In this document: in pieces, positions 42,761-51,933 of the stretch
Layout: the number at the start of each line of letters is the position of its first letter
Numbering within the stretch: the first letter of the stretch is position 1
Source: a virus
Taxonomy: Duplodnaviria; Heunggongvirae; Uroviricota; Caudoviricetes
Virus record (IMG/VR): IMGVR_UViG_2541047728_000014
Direction: 5' to 3' (one strand)
DNA length: 53,998 nucleotides
Made by a program: the position numbers and the translations under genes
The notes under the pieces: model-generated
What the model was told of the DNA's origin: nothing
The model's database searches: none
What the model saw: only the letters and a program-made list of their open reading frames with translations

Positions 42761-42845
42761 GCCATTTTGTAAACTAGCTATAATCATTGTGACAATGATC
42801 TTATTTTTCGCGTGGAAGCGCGTAAAGATATATACAAAATGTAAC
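42761..42845. promoter_or_regulatory. Divergent control region between the minus-strand cassette and gpM
   Basis: GCCATTTTGTAAAC (42761-42774), TATAAT (42779-42784), 17-bp palindrome ATCATTGTGACAATGAT (about 42783-42799), TATACAAAATGTAAC (42831-42845) 14 nt upstream of the gpM ATG. Confidence 0.5.
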
Positions 42846-42858
42846 TTGTGGGGGTTTT

Positions 42859-43212
42859 ATGCCGGAAGTGTTCAGATGGACGCCGCAAAGAAGCTACAGC
42901 GTGACCAGGAAGCCAGACGTATCTGTTGTTAAGCTGGGCGATGGTTATGAGCAAAGACAGGTAAAAGGTATCAATCCATTGCTTGATAGCTACACCCTGG
43001 TGTTTAAAGGCAGTAGCGCCGGATGTGGTGATGGTGGAAACGTAGCAATCCAGGCGGAAGCATTCTTGAGGGCGCGCGGCGCGGTCGAGGCTTTTTACTG
43101 GTCGCCGTCAATGGATAACGTGCAAAGGCTTTTTGTCTGTCGGCAATGGAGCATGACTAAAGACGGGCCTTTGTACACGCTAAACGCAACGTTTGAGCAA
43201 GTTATTAATTAG
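42859..43212 (+). CDS. Minor tail protein M (lambda gpM-like)
   Basis: 117 aa; FRWTPQ...VVKLGDGYEQRQ...FEQVIN closely resembles lambda gpM as recalled. Confidence 0.75.
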   Translation: MPEVFRWTPQRSYSVTRKPDVSVVKLGDGYEQRQVKGINPLLDSYTLVFKGSSAGCGDGGNVAIQAEAFLRARGAVEAFYWSPSMDNVQRLFVCRQWSMTKDGPLYTLNATFEQVIN

Positions 43213-43222
43213 AGGTGGTTAT

Positions 43223-43405
43223 ATGCCTTATTTTTGTGTAGTGGAGCGCACTGGAGCTTTTACATTATTTGCCGATTATGAAATTAATGATCTCACTGTA
43301 AAGGCTGATGACGGTGAGACCTGGTATCTTCATGATATGGGTGATGGGTATGTCGGCTGTACGACATATGATGGCAAAGAGGTGGCATTTCTATCCTACG
43401 ATTAA
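43223..43405 (+). CDS. Hypothetical small protein (60 aa)
   Basis: ORF 43193..43405; ATG at MPYFCVVERTG after AGAGGTGG RBS. Confidence 0.45.
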   Translation: MPYFCVVERTGAFTLFADYEINDLTVKADDGETWYLHDMGDGYVGCTTYDGKEVAFLSYD

Positions 43406-43441
43406 AAAAAACACCCCGCCGGAGCGGGGTTTATAATATTG
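43404..43441. terminator. Terminator hairpin between convergent genes
   Basis: A run, then CCCCGC-CGGA-GCGGGG, then TTTATAATATT. Confidence 0.55.
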
Positions 43442-43506
43442 GTGATAATACCAGCATTACAGCTACCGCAATAATAATCACTTCGAGAATGTAATGTTCA
43501 CACACC

Positions 43507-43755
43507 TCATAACACTCCCTTCAAATATGTCAATCCCTTATCGGTGACGAATGAATGATTTACCTGGTTTTCATCCGTCATGATGATAAATAACTTTTCC
43601 TGTAGGTATTTCGCTTTCGGGTACAGCGTTAAACATACCTGGTACAGAATCCCGCGCTCAATCAGCAAATCAATAAATTCGTGCTCATGATAACCGACGA
43701 GGCGGGCAGCCTGTTTCAACGTGTACACATAATCACCGTGATTGCGCCGCCCCAT
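43507..43755 (-). CDS. Hypothetical HTH-like small protein (82 aa), last gene of a minus-strand island in the tail module
   Basis: ORF 43507..43821; start placed at MGRRNHGDYV (AGGAG RBS); YTLKQAARLVGYHEHEFIDLLIERGIL looks like a helix-turn-helix. Confidence 0.45.
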   Translation of the reverse strand: MGRRNHGDYVYTLKQAARLVGYHEHEFIDLLIERGILYQVCLTLYPKAKYLQEKLFIIMTDENQVNHSFVTDKGLTYLKGVL

Positions 43756-43765
43756 GATTTTACTC

Positions 43766-43999
43766 CTACGCATCAAAAAATAGCATATCAGGCATAAAAT
43801 CATCGCCGTAAACAGTTCCATACCCTTTCACCATGCCTCCAGAAACATCAAGCACTGTCAGCGGAACAAAGTTTAAACAGTTGCCAACAGTGAAATAAGT
43901 ACCAGAAGATGTTTTGAATAATGGGTATTTATCTTTTATATTAAAATCCTTCTTTTTGTTAGATGTAACAACGAGTTTGATAATACCTATCATCTTCAT
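43766..43999 (-). CDS. Hypothetical small protein (about 77 aa)
   Basis: ORF 43766..44011 opens with GTG; ATG at MKMIGIIKLVV preferred. Confidence 0.4.
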   Translation of the reverse strand: MKMIGIIKLVVTSNKKKDFNIKDKYPLFKTSSGTYFTVGNCLNFVPLTVLDVSGGMVKGYGTVYGDDFMPDMLFFDA

Positions 44000-44014
44000 A
44001 TATTGGCTCACTCT

Positions 44015-44365
44015 TTATTTGCCATTAAAACAGCTTAGGTTATCGATGCAGAAGTCTTTCGCAGCTTTTTCGTATTCGCATTTTGCTTCTGGATCGTCAG
44101 CCGGGAAACCTTTTGCGTGTATTTCACCAGGGCAAGACTGATCCATAGAGTCTGCAAAATTAACATTGAAGTTAACATTAATATCTTTCGGGTTCATATC
44201 TTCCACCTCATCAACTATCTGTACCGGATTAGCAGCATATTTCACTGGATGGCCTAAACTACATTCAAGAATCCTGCCTTCTTCCAGGGCTACTTCTTCG
44301 CTATCAAATAATCCGAAACACTCCTTGCTACCACTTAACCACACATCAAGACTGTATTTTTTCAT
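44015..44365 (-). CDS. Hypothetical protein (116 aa), paralogue of the upstream 62-aa gene with a Cys-containing C-terminal extension
   Basis: Part of ORF 44015..44467 starting at MKKYSLDVWLSGSKECFGLFDSEEVALEEG; N-terminal 55 aa align with MTEKPWKLTVFMTDGREKVIALYDDEGEALVDA of the neighbouring gene. Confidence 0.45.
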   Translation of the reverse strand: MKKYSLDVWLSGSKECFGLFDSEEVALEEGRILECSLGHPVKYAANPVQIVDEVEDMNPKDINVNFNVNFADSMDQSCPGEIHAKGFPADDPEAKCEYEKAAKDFCIDNLSCFNGK

Positions 44366-44534
44366 TTTTGTTAGCCTCATATTTGACAGGTTCGATCTGG
44401 TATCCCAAAAGGCGGTCATCCTCAGCAAGTAAAAGCGCGTCAACCAATGCTTCCCCCTCGTCGTCATACAGGGCGATAACCTTTTCCCTACCGTCTGTCA
44501 TGAATACCGTCAACTTCCATGGCTTTTCAGTCAT
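44346..44534 (-). CDS. Hypothetical small protein (62 aa), first gene of the minus-strand island
   Basis: Part of ORF 44346..44654 starting at MTEKPWKLTVF (GGAGG RBS, preceded by an AACAAAATGG motif copy). Confidence 0.45.
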   Translation of the reverse strand: MTEKPWKLTVFMTDGREKVIALYDDEGEALVDALLLAEDDRLLGYQIEPVKYEANKNEKIQS

Positions 44535-44663
44535 AACGCACCTCCGCGCCATTTTGTTAACTTCCCCTTCGTTTGAGTAAAATATACATATTGTAAAAAC
44601 CATGATCAATCCATTTTGGTGTGATTTAGCGTGACGCATATCACAAAATGACAAGGTGAGAAA

Positions 44664-45368
44664 ATGCGCAATATTCCGAGAGAGATGATTATTGATTCCG
44701 TCGATGCCGGAGTTGGCGCGGTCATTGACTTATTTGAACTGGACCTTACTCCCCTGGGAGGCGAGGTTATCCGCTTCCATTCCGGCGCGAACGGCTATTA
44801 CGGCCAGGTTATCTGGAAGGGAGTAGCTTACAACAGCTACCCGATCGAGGCGACGGGCTTCGAAATGAAAAATGAGGGTGTTTATTCGCGGCCTCAAATG
44901 GTTGTAGCCAATATCGGCGGACTCATTACGGGGATGAACAACGATTTTAACGACCTTAGAGGAATGAAGGTTACGCGCCGCCAGGTGGAGGTGAAATATC
45001 TTGACGCCGTTAACTTCCCTAACGGTAATCCAGACGCAGATCCATCTATTGAGGCTGTATCTTTTTACGTCGTTGAAGCAATGAGCGAAGAAACAGCGGA
45101 TCAGGTGCAGTATGAACTGTCAACGCCAATTGATGCAGATAAAGCTGTCATCCCTGGGCGCACCATCCTTGCTGACGTTTGCCAGTGGCAATACAGAGGC
45201 GACGGGTGTATGTACGCTGGAGGACCAGTAGCAAACGATAAAGACGAGCCGACAAGCGATCCTAAAGCCGACAGATGTAGCCACCGTCTGAGCGGTTGTC
45301 GTTTACGTTTCCCGCGTCCAAATCCGTTACCAATTTCCTGTTTCCCCGGTTCAAGTAAGGTGGGCTAA
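44664..45368 (+). CDS. Minor tail protein L (lambda gpL-like)
   Basis: 234 aa; IDLTPLGGE...GFEMKNEGVYSRPQMVVANIGGLITGM...VNFPNGNPDADP...CQWQYRGDGCMYAG...CSHRLSGCRLRF closely parallels lambda gpL as recalled. Confidence 0.8.
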   Translation: MRNIPREMIIDSVDAGVGAVIDLFELDLTPLGGEVIRFHSGANGYYGQVIWKGVAYNSYPIEATGFEMKNEGVYSRPQMVVANIGGLITGMNNDFNDLRGMKVTRRQVEVKYLDAVNFPNGNPDADPSIEAVSFYVVEAMSEETADQVQYELSTPIDADKAVIPGRTILADVCQWQYRGDGCMYAGGPVANDKDEPTSDPKADRCSHRLSGCRLRFPRPNPLPISCFPGSSKVG

Positions 45369-45370
45369 TT

Positions 45371-46102
45371 ATGGCACTTGAAGACAAAATGGTTCGCTAC
45401 GCCGCAGCTCACCCGCGTGAGGAAGTTTGCGGCCTGGTGATAAATAACGAATATTTTTACCCGTGCGCTAACGTATCTGAAACGCCATACAACAGCTTCA
45501 AAATTTCGCCGGACGATTACATCAAAGCTGACGAATTAGGCGTTATAACCGCCGTTTTTCACTCTCACGTTGATGATATTCCGGTATTGTCTGCGCTGGA
45601 TCGACAACAACAGGTTATTTCCGGCCTCCCGTGGCTTTTATGTTCCGGTGGCAGGGTTAGAAAATTCCGCCCGGTAGCGCACCTGTTAGGCCGAAAATTT
45701 GAGCACGGGAAAACAGACTGCTACGCGCTTTTCCGCGACGCATATCACCTTTGTGGCGTGGATCTGCCGGACTTCGAGCGCCTTGATGGCTGGTGGCTTC
45801 GCGGTGAAAACCTGTATTTAAAAAACTTGCCGCGAAACGGGTTTTATCAGGTTGATGCGCAAAGCATCCAGCCAGGTGACGTAATAATCAGGCAGCCGTT
45901 CAAAGGCGCTGACCCATGCCACGCGATGATTTACCTGGGCGATAACACTGTTTTGCATCATGACAATGCCGGACTGTTAAGCCGCCGCGAGCAAATGCGG
46001 CCCGCTTATGTTCGACAAACGCATTCAATATGGAGATCTGATAAATGCTCAAATTTAGATTTACGGGCAATCTTCGAAGATATTACAGCAAAGTGTGTTT
46101 AA
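45371..46102 (+). CDS. Tail assembly protein K (lambda gpK-like; JAB/MPN plus NlpC/P60-like)
   Basis: 243 aa; HSHVDD (JAMM-like) and Cys/His peptidase-like C-terminal part; position between L and I. Confidence 0.75.
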   Translation: MALEDKMVRYAAAHPREEVCGLVINNEYFYPCANVSETPYNSFKISPDDYIKADELGVITAVFHSHVDDIPVLSALDRQQQVISGLPWLLCSGGRVRKFRPVAHLLGRKFEHGKTDCYALFRDAYHLCGVDLPDFERLDGWWLRGENLYLKNLPRNGFYQVDAQSIQPGDVIIRQPFKGADPCHAMIYLGDNTVLHHDNAGLLSRREQMRPAYVRQTHSIWRSDKCSNLDLRAIFEDITAKCV

Positions 46103-46575
46103 ACGTTGAAACGCCAGCGCAAGGGCTTCGCTTATTGACCGCGCAGAATCAGGAATTCAAGAAGGCGTTTTTAAACACTCCTTTGCGCTTACGAATTGCC
46201 GGGAAAGATTACGACGAAAAGACCGCGCCAGCTGCGGTTAATAGCAAATATCCAGATGGAACTACTGTGATTATTGCGCCAATAGTGGAAGGTGGTATTG
46301 CAGGTATTGGTGTGATCGGCTGGATTATGATTGGGATATCAGTTGTCAGTGTCGCTTTTTCTATTTTTATGTCTCGCAACATGAAGGTAAAAACATCATC
46401 AGAAAGCGCACAGGACAACACCATAACTAATAACACTTACACCAGCATAGAAAACAGGGTAGGCCAAGGTAGACCAGTGCCAATTTTATTAGGTGAAATG
46501 AAAGTTGGTTCAAACGTCGGATCGTTAGGCATAGACACAACAAACAATAAAGACGCCTTAGATGTTGTAAGTTAA
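46045..46575 (+). CDS. Tail assembly protein I (lambda gpI-like)
   Basis: 176 aa; overlaps the K 3' end as in lambda; hydrophobic segment GIAGIGVIGWIMIGISVVSVAFSIF. Confidence 0.7.
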   Translation: MLKFRFTGNLRRYYSKVCLNVETPAQGLRLLTAQNQEFKKAFLNTPLRLRIAGKDYDEKTAPAAVNSKYPDGTTVIIAPIVEGGIAGIGVIGWIMIGISVVSVAFSIFMSRNMKVKTSSESAQDNTITNNTYTSIENRVGQGRPVPILLGEMKVGSNVGSLGIDTTNNKDALDVVS

Positions 46576-46589
46576 CAGGAGAATTAACC

Positions 46590-49500
46590 ATGAGTAGCGG
46601 CGGCGGTAAAGCAAAAACACCGACTTTAATTAACGATAATCTATACCATAAACAATTTTATCGTGTACTTGATATTATTTCGGAAGGTCCGATTTATGGA
46701 CCTGTAAATACAAAAGCGCCATTAAATAGCGTGATGCTTAATGATACGCCTGTTACAGACGCGAACGGCAATACAAGTGTCCCTGGTGTTAGCGTGGCGT
46801 GGCGTAACGGCACGTTAGATCAATCACCTATTAACGGTTTTAACGCCATTGAATCAACCGTTATTGTTAACGCTCAGGTGAAACACGATACCCCAATAAT
46901 CAGGACTGTATCAGATCCTAACGTTGCGCGCGTTCGCCTGAATATCGGCGTCGATTCACTTGTACAATCTGACGAGCAAAGCAATCAACATAACACATCG
47001 GTTATGATGATGATTGATGTCAAGCCTTCATCTTCTTCTGCGTGGACGCTTGTTAAAGATGTCACTATAGGTCCGGGTAAGATCAGCGGAGAATATCTTG
47101 AAGCGCATATTATCAATGCACCAGATGAAAAGCCGTTTGATATTCGCGTTCGCCGTGTCACCGCTGATAGCACGAGCGATCTATTGCGGAATGGTACGCG
47201 ATGGAGTAGCTACAGCGAAATAATCGACGATAATTTGTCATATCCCCACACCGCTGTAGCTGGCGCGGTTATTGATCATGATCAGTACACTGATACACCT
47301 ACCCGCACTTATCACCTGCGCGGGCTGATTGTTGACGTTCCTGATAACTATAACCCGGAAACGCGCACTTATTCCGGTTTGTGGCTTGGCGGCTTCAAGA
47401 AGGCGTACACCAATAACCCAGCATGGATCTTCCGTTACCTGGTTAAAAACGAGCGTTTCGGCCTTGCCCGCCATGCTGGATACATTGACGTTGACGACGG
47501 CGCATTATATACGCTTTCTCAATACTGCGACCAGTTGGTAGATGATGGTTACGGTGGCCTTGAGCCTCGCGTGACGCTTAATGCTTACATTACAGAGCAA
47601 ATGAGCGCCCGCGATTTACTGGACAATATCGCCGGGATGTTCCGAGGCATCGCGTTATGGGACGGGCAACGCCTTACCGTGATGATTGATGCGCCACAAG
47701 ACCCGATCGCCACCATCACAAACGCAAACGTCGTTGATGGTGCGTTCACTCGTTCAAGTATCGCCCGCGCAGAATGCTACAACGCCGTGATTGTATCATG
47801 GACCGACCCGGAAAACGGCTGGGAGCAATCAAAAGAGTATGTGGCAGATGATGAGCTAATCGCCCGTGATGGTTATAACGAAACAACGTTGGAGGCGTTC
47901 GGGTGCACTTCACGCGGGCAAGCGTACCGCGCTGGCAAATGGCTGATAGAAACAGCAAAACGCGAGCCGTCAAAATTCACGTTTAAAATGGCCCGTGACG
48001 CAATTCACTTCACCCCTGGGGATATTATCGAGATACTCGACAATAACCGCGCAGGCGCTCGTTTGGGCGGTCGCATCGTGGTAAACAGTGGCAGGGTTAT
48101 CACGGTCGATAAAGTTGATTCTGAATATATCGCCCCTGGTGACACCATTAGCTTGCTTGATAGCGATGGCAAGTTTAAAAAACACCAGATCACTGGAGTT
48201 AGCGGAAACAAAATTACCCTTGCATCCGCCCCGGCATGGATTCGTAACGGTACTGTTTTTGCTGTATCAACCAACGCAGCAAAACCCGTTTTATGTCGAA
48301 TCACCAGCGTAGCAGAAACAGAAAATAACAGCGTATACACCATCGAGGCCGCACAGCATGATCCACATAAGCAGGCCGTAGTCGATAATGGCGCAATCTT
48401 CGAGATCAATAACGACACGCTTAATCACTTCCGCGTGCCGAACATTGAAAATCTGAAGGTGTTAAACGTTGGATCTGAAACGGTTCAATGTCGCGCAACA
48501 TGGGAAACACAGACGACAACGCGTCGCCTGACCTTTGAGATTCGCGTGTATAACGCCGACGGCGCTGTGGTTAAAAGCTACGAAACTACGAATTACAGTT
48601 ATGATTTTTATGGCATTGATTCAGGAACCTACTCATTAGGCATTCGCGGTCGTAATGATACGGGCATGAAGGGCGCTGAGAGTGTAGTTGATCTGGTTAT
48701 TGGTGCACCAGCAGCCCCGATTGGCGTTAATTGGGTTCCTGGTGTATTCCAGGCAACAGTGTATCCGATCAGCAGAACAACGCTTACCACTGATACCAGT
48801 TACGAGTTTTATTACTCAGGTGAAACACAGATCACCGACCCGGCATCAGTAACCACTAAAGCACAATATACGGGGCGTGGTCATCAGTGGACGTTTGGCG
48901 GCATGAATACAGGTCACATATATTACGTTTATGTGCGCACGCGTAACGCTTTTGGTGTGTCTGACTTTGTGGAAGCGTCAGGTAAGCCAACAGAAAACTT
49001 TGACGAAATTACCGATTACGTCACCAAAGACGTAATGAATTCCAAACAATTTAAAGAAATGGTTGGTGACATTAAAGATCTAGGCGACCGCACTGATCTT
49101 ATCGAAAGCGCTACGAATGACCTTAAAACTGCTACTGACAACCTCAAAACTGCAACTGATAATCTGACCAATATAACTGACGATTTAAGGACTGAAACTG
49201 ACAACCTAACCATAGAAACAGGATTAATAAAAGCTGACACGGACACACTTAAAAAAGAAACGGAAGATCTTTATAAAAAGGTTAAGGAAAACGCCGATGA
49301 TATTGGACAGCATGAGTCGAGAATCGACTCGCTAGAGGTGTCTAGCGAAAAAGTTGGCAGCGAACTAGCGCAAGCAAAAGCAAGTCTGCAAAACGCCTCA
49401 CTTGCTCTTATTAATAACTCGCTTGCACAGACTAACACTCGCGTAACTCTTACCGCTCAGTACAAGAAAGGCAGGACAGAGACGAAAGCGGAAATTGACC

Positions 49501-51452
49501 GCATTGACAACGTTATCGCTGAAGAGAAAAAAGCGACAGCGGAATCACTGGAAACCATCACGGCAGAAATGAATGTGATGGACACAAACCTTAAAGGTCA
49601 GATCTCTAATGTGCAACGCGCAGTAGCTGACGAGGCCAGCGCTCGCGCTGAAGCTATTAACGGTGTAAATGCCTCAATAAGCAATCTTGACAAGAAAACT
49701 GACGCCAGCGTAAACCGTCTTGATCGGGCAATTGCAGACGAAACAAGTGCGCGTACTCAGGCTATCAGCGACGTGAACGCAAGTATCTCAACGCTTGACA
49801 AGAAAACTGACGCCAGTGTTAAGCGCCTCGATAAGGCAATATCAGATGAAACGCAGGCAAGAAGCGACGCAATAACAGTGGTTAAAGCTGATTTAACAAC
49901 GCTTGAAAATAACACAAATGCCAGTGTTAGCCGTCTTGATCAAGCTATCGCTGACGAATCAAGCACACGCGCTCAGGCGATATCAGGTATCAGCGCGTCG
50001 CTTGGCAGCGTTAAAAGTGAGGTTGATAAAAACAGCGACGAGATAGTTCAGGCGAAAGCAGGTCTGCAAAACGCATCTCTGGCGCTTATTAATAACTCAA
50101 TGGCGCAAAGCAAGATGAGCACTGTTATTGAGGCGAAATACAGGAAAGGACAAACAAAAACAAAAGCGGAAATAGCAAGGGTAGACACAGCAATCGCAGA
50201 TGAGGCGAGCGCACGCGCAGAAGCTATTAGCGGGATTAATGCGTCAATTTCCACGCTCGATAGCAAGGTGACAAGCAACGTAACCAGGATGGATAAAGCG
50301 ATCGCAGATGAGAAGAATGCACGCACTGACGCAATCAGCAGCCTTAACTCATCGCTTACCAGTACGATTAATTCGAAAGTATCCGAAGTGTCAACTGCAC
50401 TTTCTACGCATGAAACATCAAGCGCGGAAAAATTTGGCCAGATCTCGGCATCTTTCGACGATGTAAACTCAAGCATCACGGAATGGTCACAGGCTATGGC
50501 AACGGCAGACGAGGCATTGTCAACCAGAATCGACCAGTTGAAAGTAACTATTAACGGAAACACAACGGCGATAGAAACGACATCAAAAGCACTGACTGAC
50601 TTCAAAGGTAACGTTGATGCGTCATATTCAATTAAGATTGCCACTGATAAAAACGGTATGAAATACGCTACAGGAATGTCGCTCGGCCTTACTGGTAGCG
50701 GGACTAACGTTCAATCGCAGTGTATTTTCCTCGTTGACCGTTTCGTGCTTATGACTGCGGCAGGTGGCTCCTATCAGACCCCGTTCTATGTTACTAACGG
50801 TGCTTGCTACATCCGTGATGCGTGGATCAGAGACGCATCAATCACTACCGCGAAGATTGCGCAGCAAATTCAGTCAACCAACTATAAAGCTGGTTCGGCT
50901 GGCTGGATGCTAAATAAAAACGGCAATGCGGAGTTCAACAACGTCACTGTACGCGGTACGGTGTACGCAACATCTGGTAAATTCACTGGTGAGATTCAGG
51001 CCACAAGCGGGAAGTTTAAAGGTACAGTAGAGGCAAAGTCATTTGTCGGTGACGTTGCTAACATGGGGGTTGGTCCAGATCGAGTGCTTGGGCATAACGG
51101 AAGTTATAGCGCAACCATCACATATAAAGACAGCACGGATAATGCATTGACGAAATCAGTTATGCTTATGGCGACTATTTCATTAATGTCTGGTGAATAT
51201 AGATCCACTTATAACGTAACGTTTAGTTGCGGAGATAAAAACAAAACAATTTCATATTACGTGCCTTATGGTGGATGCACATTAACAGTGCAATGCGCTT
51301 TTTCTGGTTTAAAAGCATCAGATATTATCGGGAAAATATATTGTCCTCAAACATCATCATCTGAAGGATACGCATATTGTACCGCGTTGTATTCTCCAAC
51401 AATGATAGTAGCAAGAGGCACCGGATCATTTAGAACATCAACGACAGCATAA
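46590..51452 (+). CDS. Host specificity / central tail fibre protein J with extended repeat-rich C-terminal region
   Basis: 1620 aa; N-terminal two-thirds parallels lambda gpJ (KTPTLINDNLYHKQFYRVLDIISEGPIYGP ...); C-terminal part has tandem ~30-aa repeats (ADEASARAEAINGVNASISNLDKKTDASVNRLD...). Confidence 0.88.
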   Translation: MSSGGGKAKTPTLINDNLYHKQFYRVLDIISEGPIYGPVNTKAPLNSVMLNDTPVTDANGNTSVPGVSVAWRNGTLDQSPINGFNAIESTVIVNAQVKHDTPIIRTVSDPNVARVRLNIGVDSLVQSDEQSNQHNTSVMMMIDVKPSSSSAWTLVKDVTIGPGKISGEYLEAHIINAPDEKPFDIRVRRVTADSTSDLLRNGTRWSSYSEIIDDNLSYPHTAVAGAVIDHDQYTDTPTRTYHLRGLIVDVPDNYNPETRTYSGLWLGGFKKAYTNNPAWIFRYLVKNERFGLARHAGYIDVDDGALYTLSQYCDQLVDDGYGGLEPRVTLNAYITEQMSARDLLDNIAGMFRGIALWDGQRLTVMIDAPQDPIATITNANVVDGAFTRSSIARAECYNAVIVSWTDPENGWEQSKEYVADDELIARDGYNETTLEAFGCTSRGQAYRAGKWLIETAKREPSKFTFKMARDAIHFTPGDIIEILDNNRAGARLGGRIVVNSGRVITVDKVDSEYIAPGDTISLLDSDGKFKKHQITGVSGNKITLASAPAWIRNGTVFAVSTNAAKPVLCRITSVAETENNSVYTIEAAQHDPHKQAVVDNGAIFEINNDTLNHFRVPNIENLKVLNVGSETVQCRATWETQTTTRRLTFEIRVYNADGAVVKSYETTNYSYDFYGIDSGTYSLGIRGRNDTGMKGAESVVDLVIGAPAAPIGVNWVPGVFQATVYPISRTTLTTDTSYEFYYSGETQITDPASVTTKAQYTGRGHQWTFGGMNTGHIYYVYVRTRNAFGVSDFVEASGKPTENFDEITDYVTKDVMNSKQFKEMVGDIKDLGDRTDLIESATNDLKTATDNLKTATDNLTNITDDLRTETDNLTIETGLIKADTDTLKKETEDLYKKVKENADDIGQHESRIDSLEVSSEKVGSELAQAKASLQNASLALINNSLAQTNTRVTLTAQYKKGRTETKAEIDRIDNVIAEEKKATAESLETITAEMNVMDTNLKGQISNVQRAVADEASARAEAINGVNASISNLDKKTDASVNRLDRAIADETSARTQAISDVNASISTLDKKTDASVKRLDKAISDETQARSDAITVVKADLTTLENNTNASVSRLDQAIADESSTRAQAISGISASLGSVKSEVDKNSDEIVQAKAGLQNASLALINNSMAQSKMSTVIEAKYRKGQTKTKAEIARVDTAIADEASARAEAISGINASISTLDSKVTSNVTRMDKAIADEKNARTDAISSLNSSLTSTINSKVSEVSTALSTHETSSAEKFGQISASFDDVNSSITEWSQAMATADEALSTRIDQLKVTINGNTTAIETTSKALTDFKGNVDASYSIKIATDKNGMKYATGMSLGLTGSGTNVQSQCIFLVDRFVLMTAAGGSYQTPFYVTNGACYIRDAWIRDASITTAKIAQQIQSTNYKAGSAGWMLNKNGNAEFNNVTVRGTVYATSGKFTGEIQATSGKFKGTVEAKSFVGDVANMGVGPDRVLGHNGSYSATITYKDSTDNALTKSVMLMATISLMSGEYRSTYNVTFSCGDKNKTISYYVPYGGCTLTVQCAFSGLKASDIIGKIYCPQTSSSEGYAYCTALYSPTMIVARGTGSFRTSTTA

Positions 51453-51480
51453 AAAACGGGGCATAAGCCCCGTTTTTTTA
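51451..51480. terminator. Bidirectional terminator after J
   Basis: AAAAACGGGGC-ATAA-GCCCCGTTTTTTT. Confidence 0.7.
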
Positions 51481-51490
51481 TGCATTGTTT

Positions 51491-51736
51491 TTATTTTTTA
51501 CACCCATCATTTACACCAGAAAAATGGATAGGTAAATTACATTCACTGTCAATAATTTTACCTTGTAGTTGTTTTTCTTTCCATGAGTCAGTATTGAAAT
51601 AACTCGAACGTTGGTTATCAAGGCCAGTATCACCATATTGAGCAGTGCCAGCATCACTCTTATCTGTCGAATTTACAGAAGCAAAAGCACCAAAAGACAG
51701 AGCTGATAAGATGCAAGCAACAATTAGTTTTTTCAT
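51491..51736 (-). CDS. Small secreted protein (81 aa precursor); moron between J and the side tail fibre gene
   Basis: ORF 51491..51793; ATG at MKKLIVACILSALSFGAFA (signal peptide) with AAGGTGA RBS; two Cys in the mature part; reverse orientation to the tail genes. Confidence 0.5.
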   Translation of the reverse strand: MKKLIVACILSALSFGAFASVNSTDKSDAGTAQYGDTGLDNQRSSYFNTDSWKEKQLQGKIIDSECNLPIHFSGVNDGCKK

Positions 51737-51850
51737 TGTATTCACCTTACTGTTTGTTTTACTGTCATTTGTTGTTCGTGATGATCCACCCATCCGATGA
51801 GCAAATCACCGCAGAAGCTATCATTTCGTATGTTGATATAGATCAAAAAA

Positions 51851-51894
51851 TACATTATGTATAAGATCAAAGTGTAACGCGGATTACAAAATGG
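51851..51894. promoter_or_regulatory. Divergent control region with TACATTATGTATA and ATTACAAAATGG motif copies
   Basis: TACATTATGTATA (51851-51863) toward the minus-strand secreted-protein gene; ATTACAAAATGG (51883-51894) followed by TAGAAT, 37 nt upstream of the tail-fibre ATG. Confidence 0.4.
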
Positions 51895-51933
51895 TAGAAT
51901 TATTCCGTTAATTAACATAATGGAGTCATTGCA

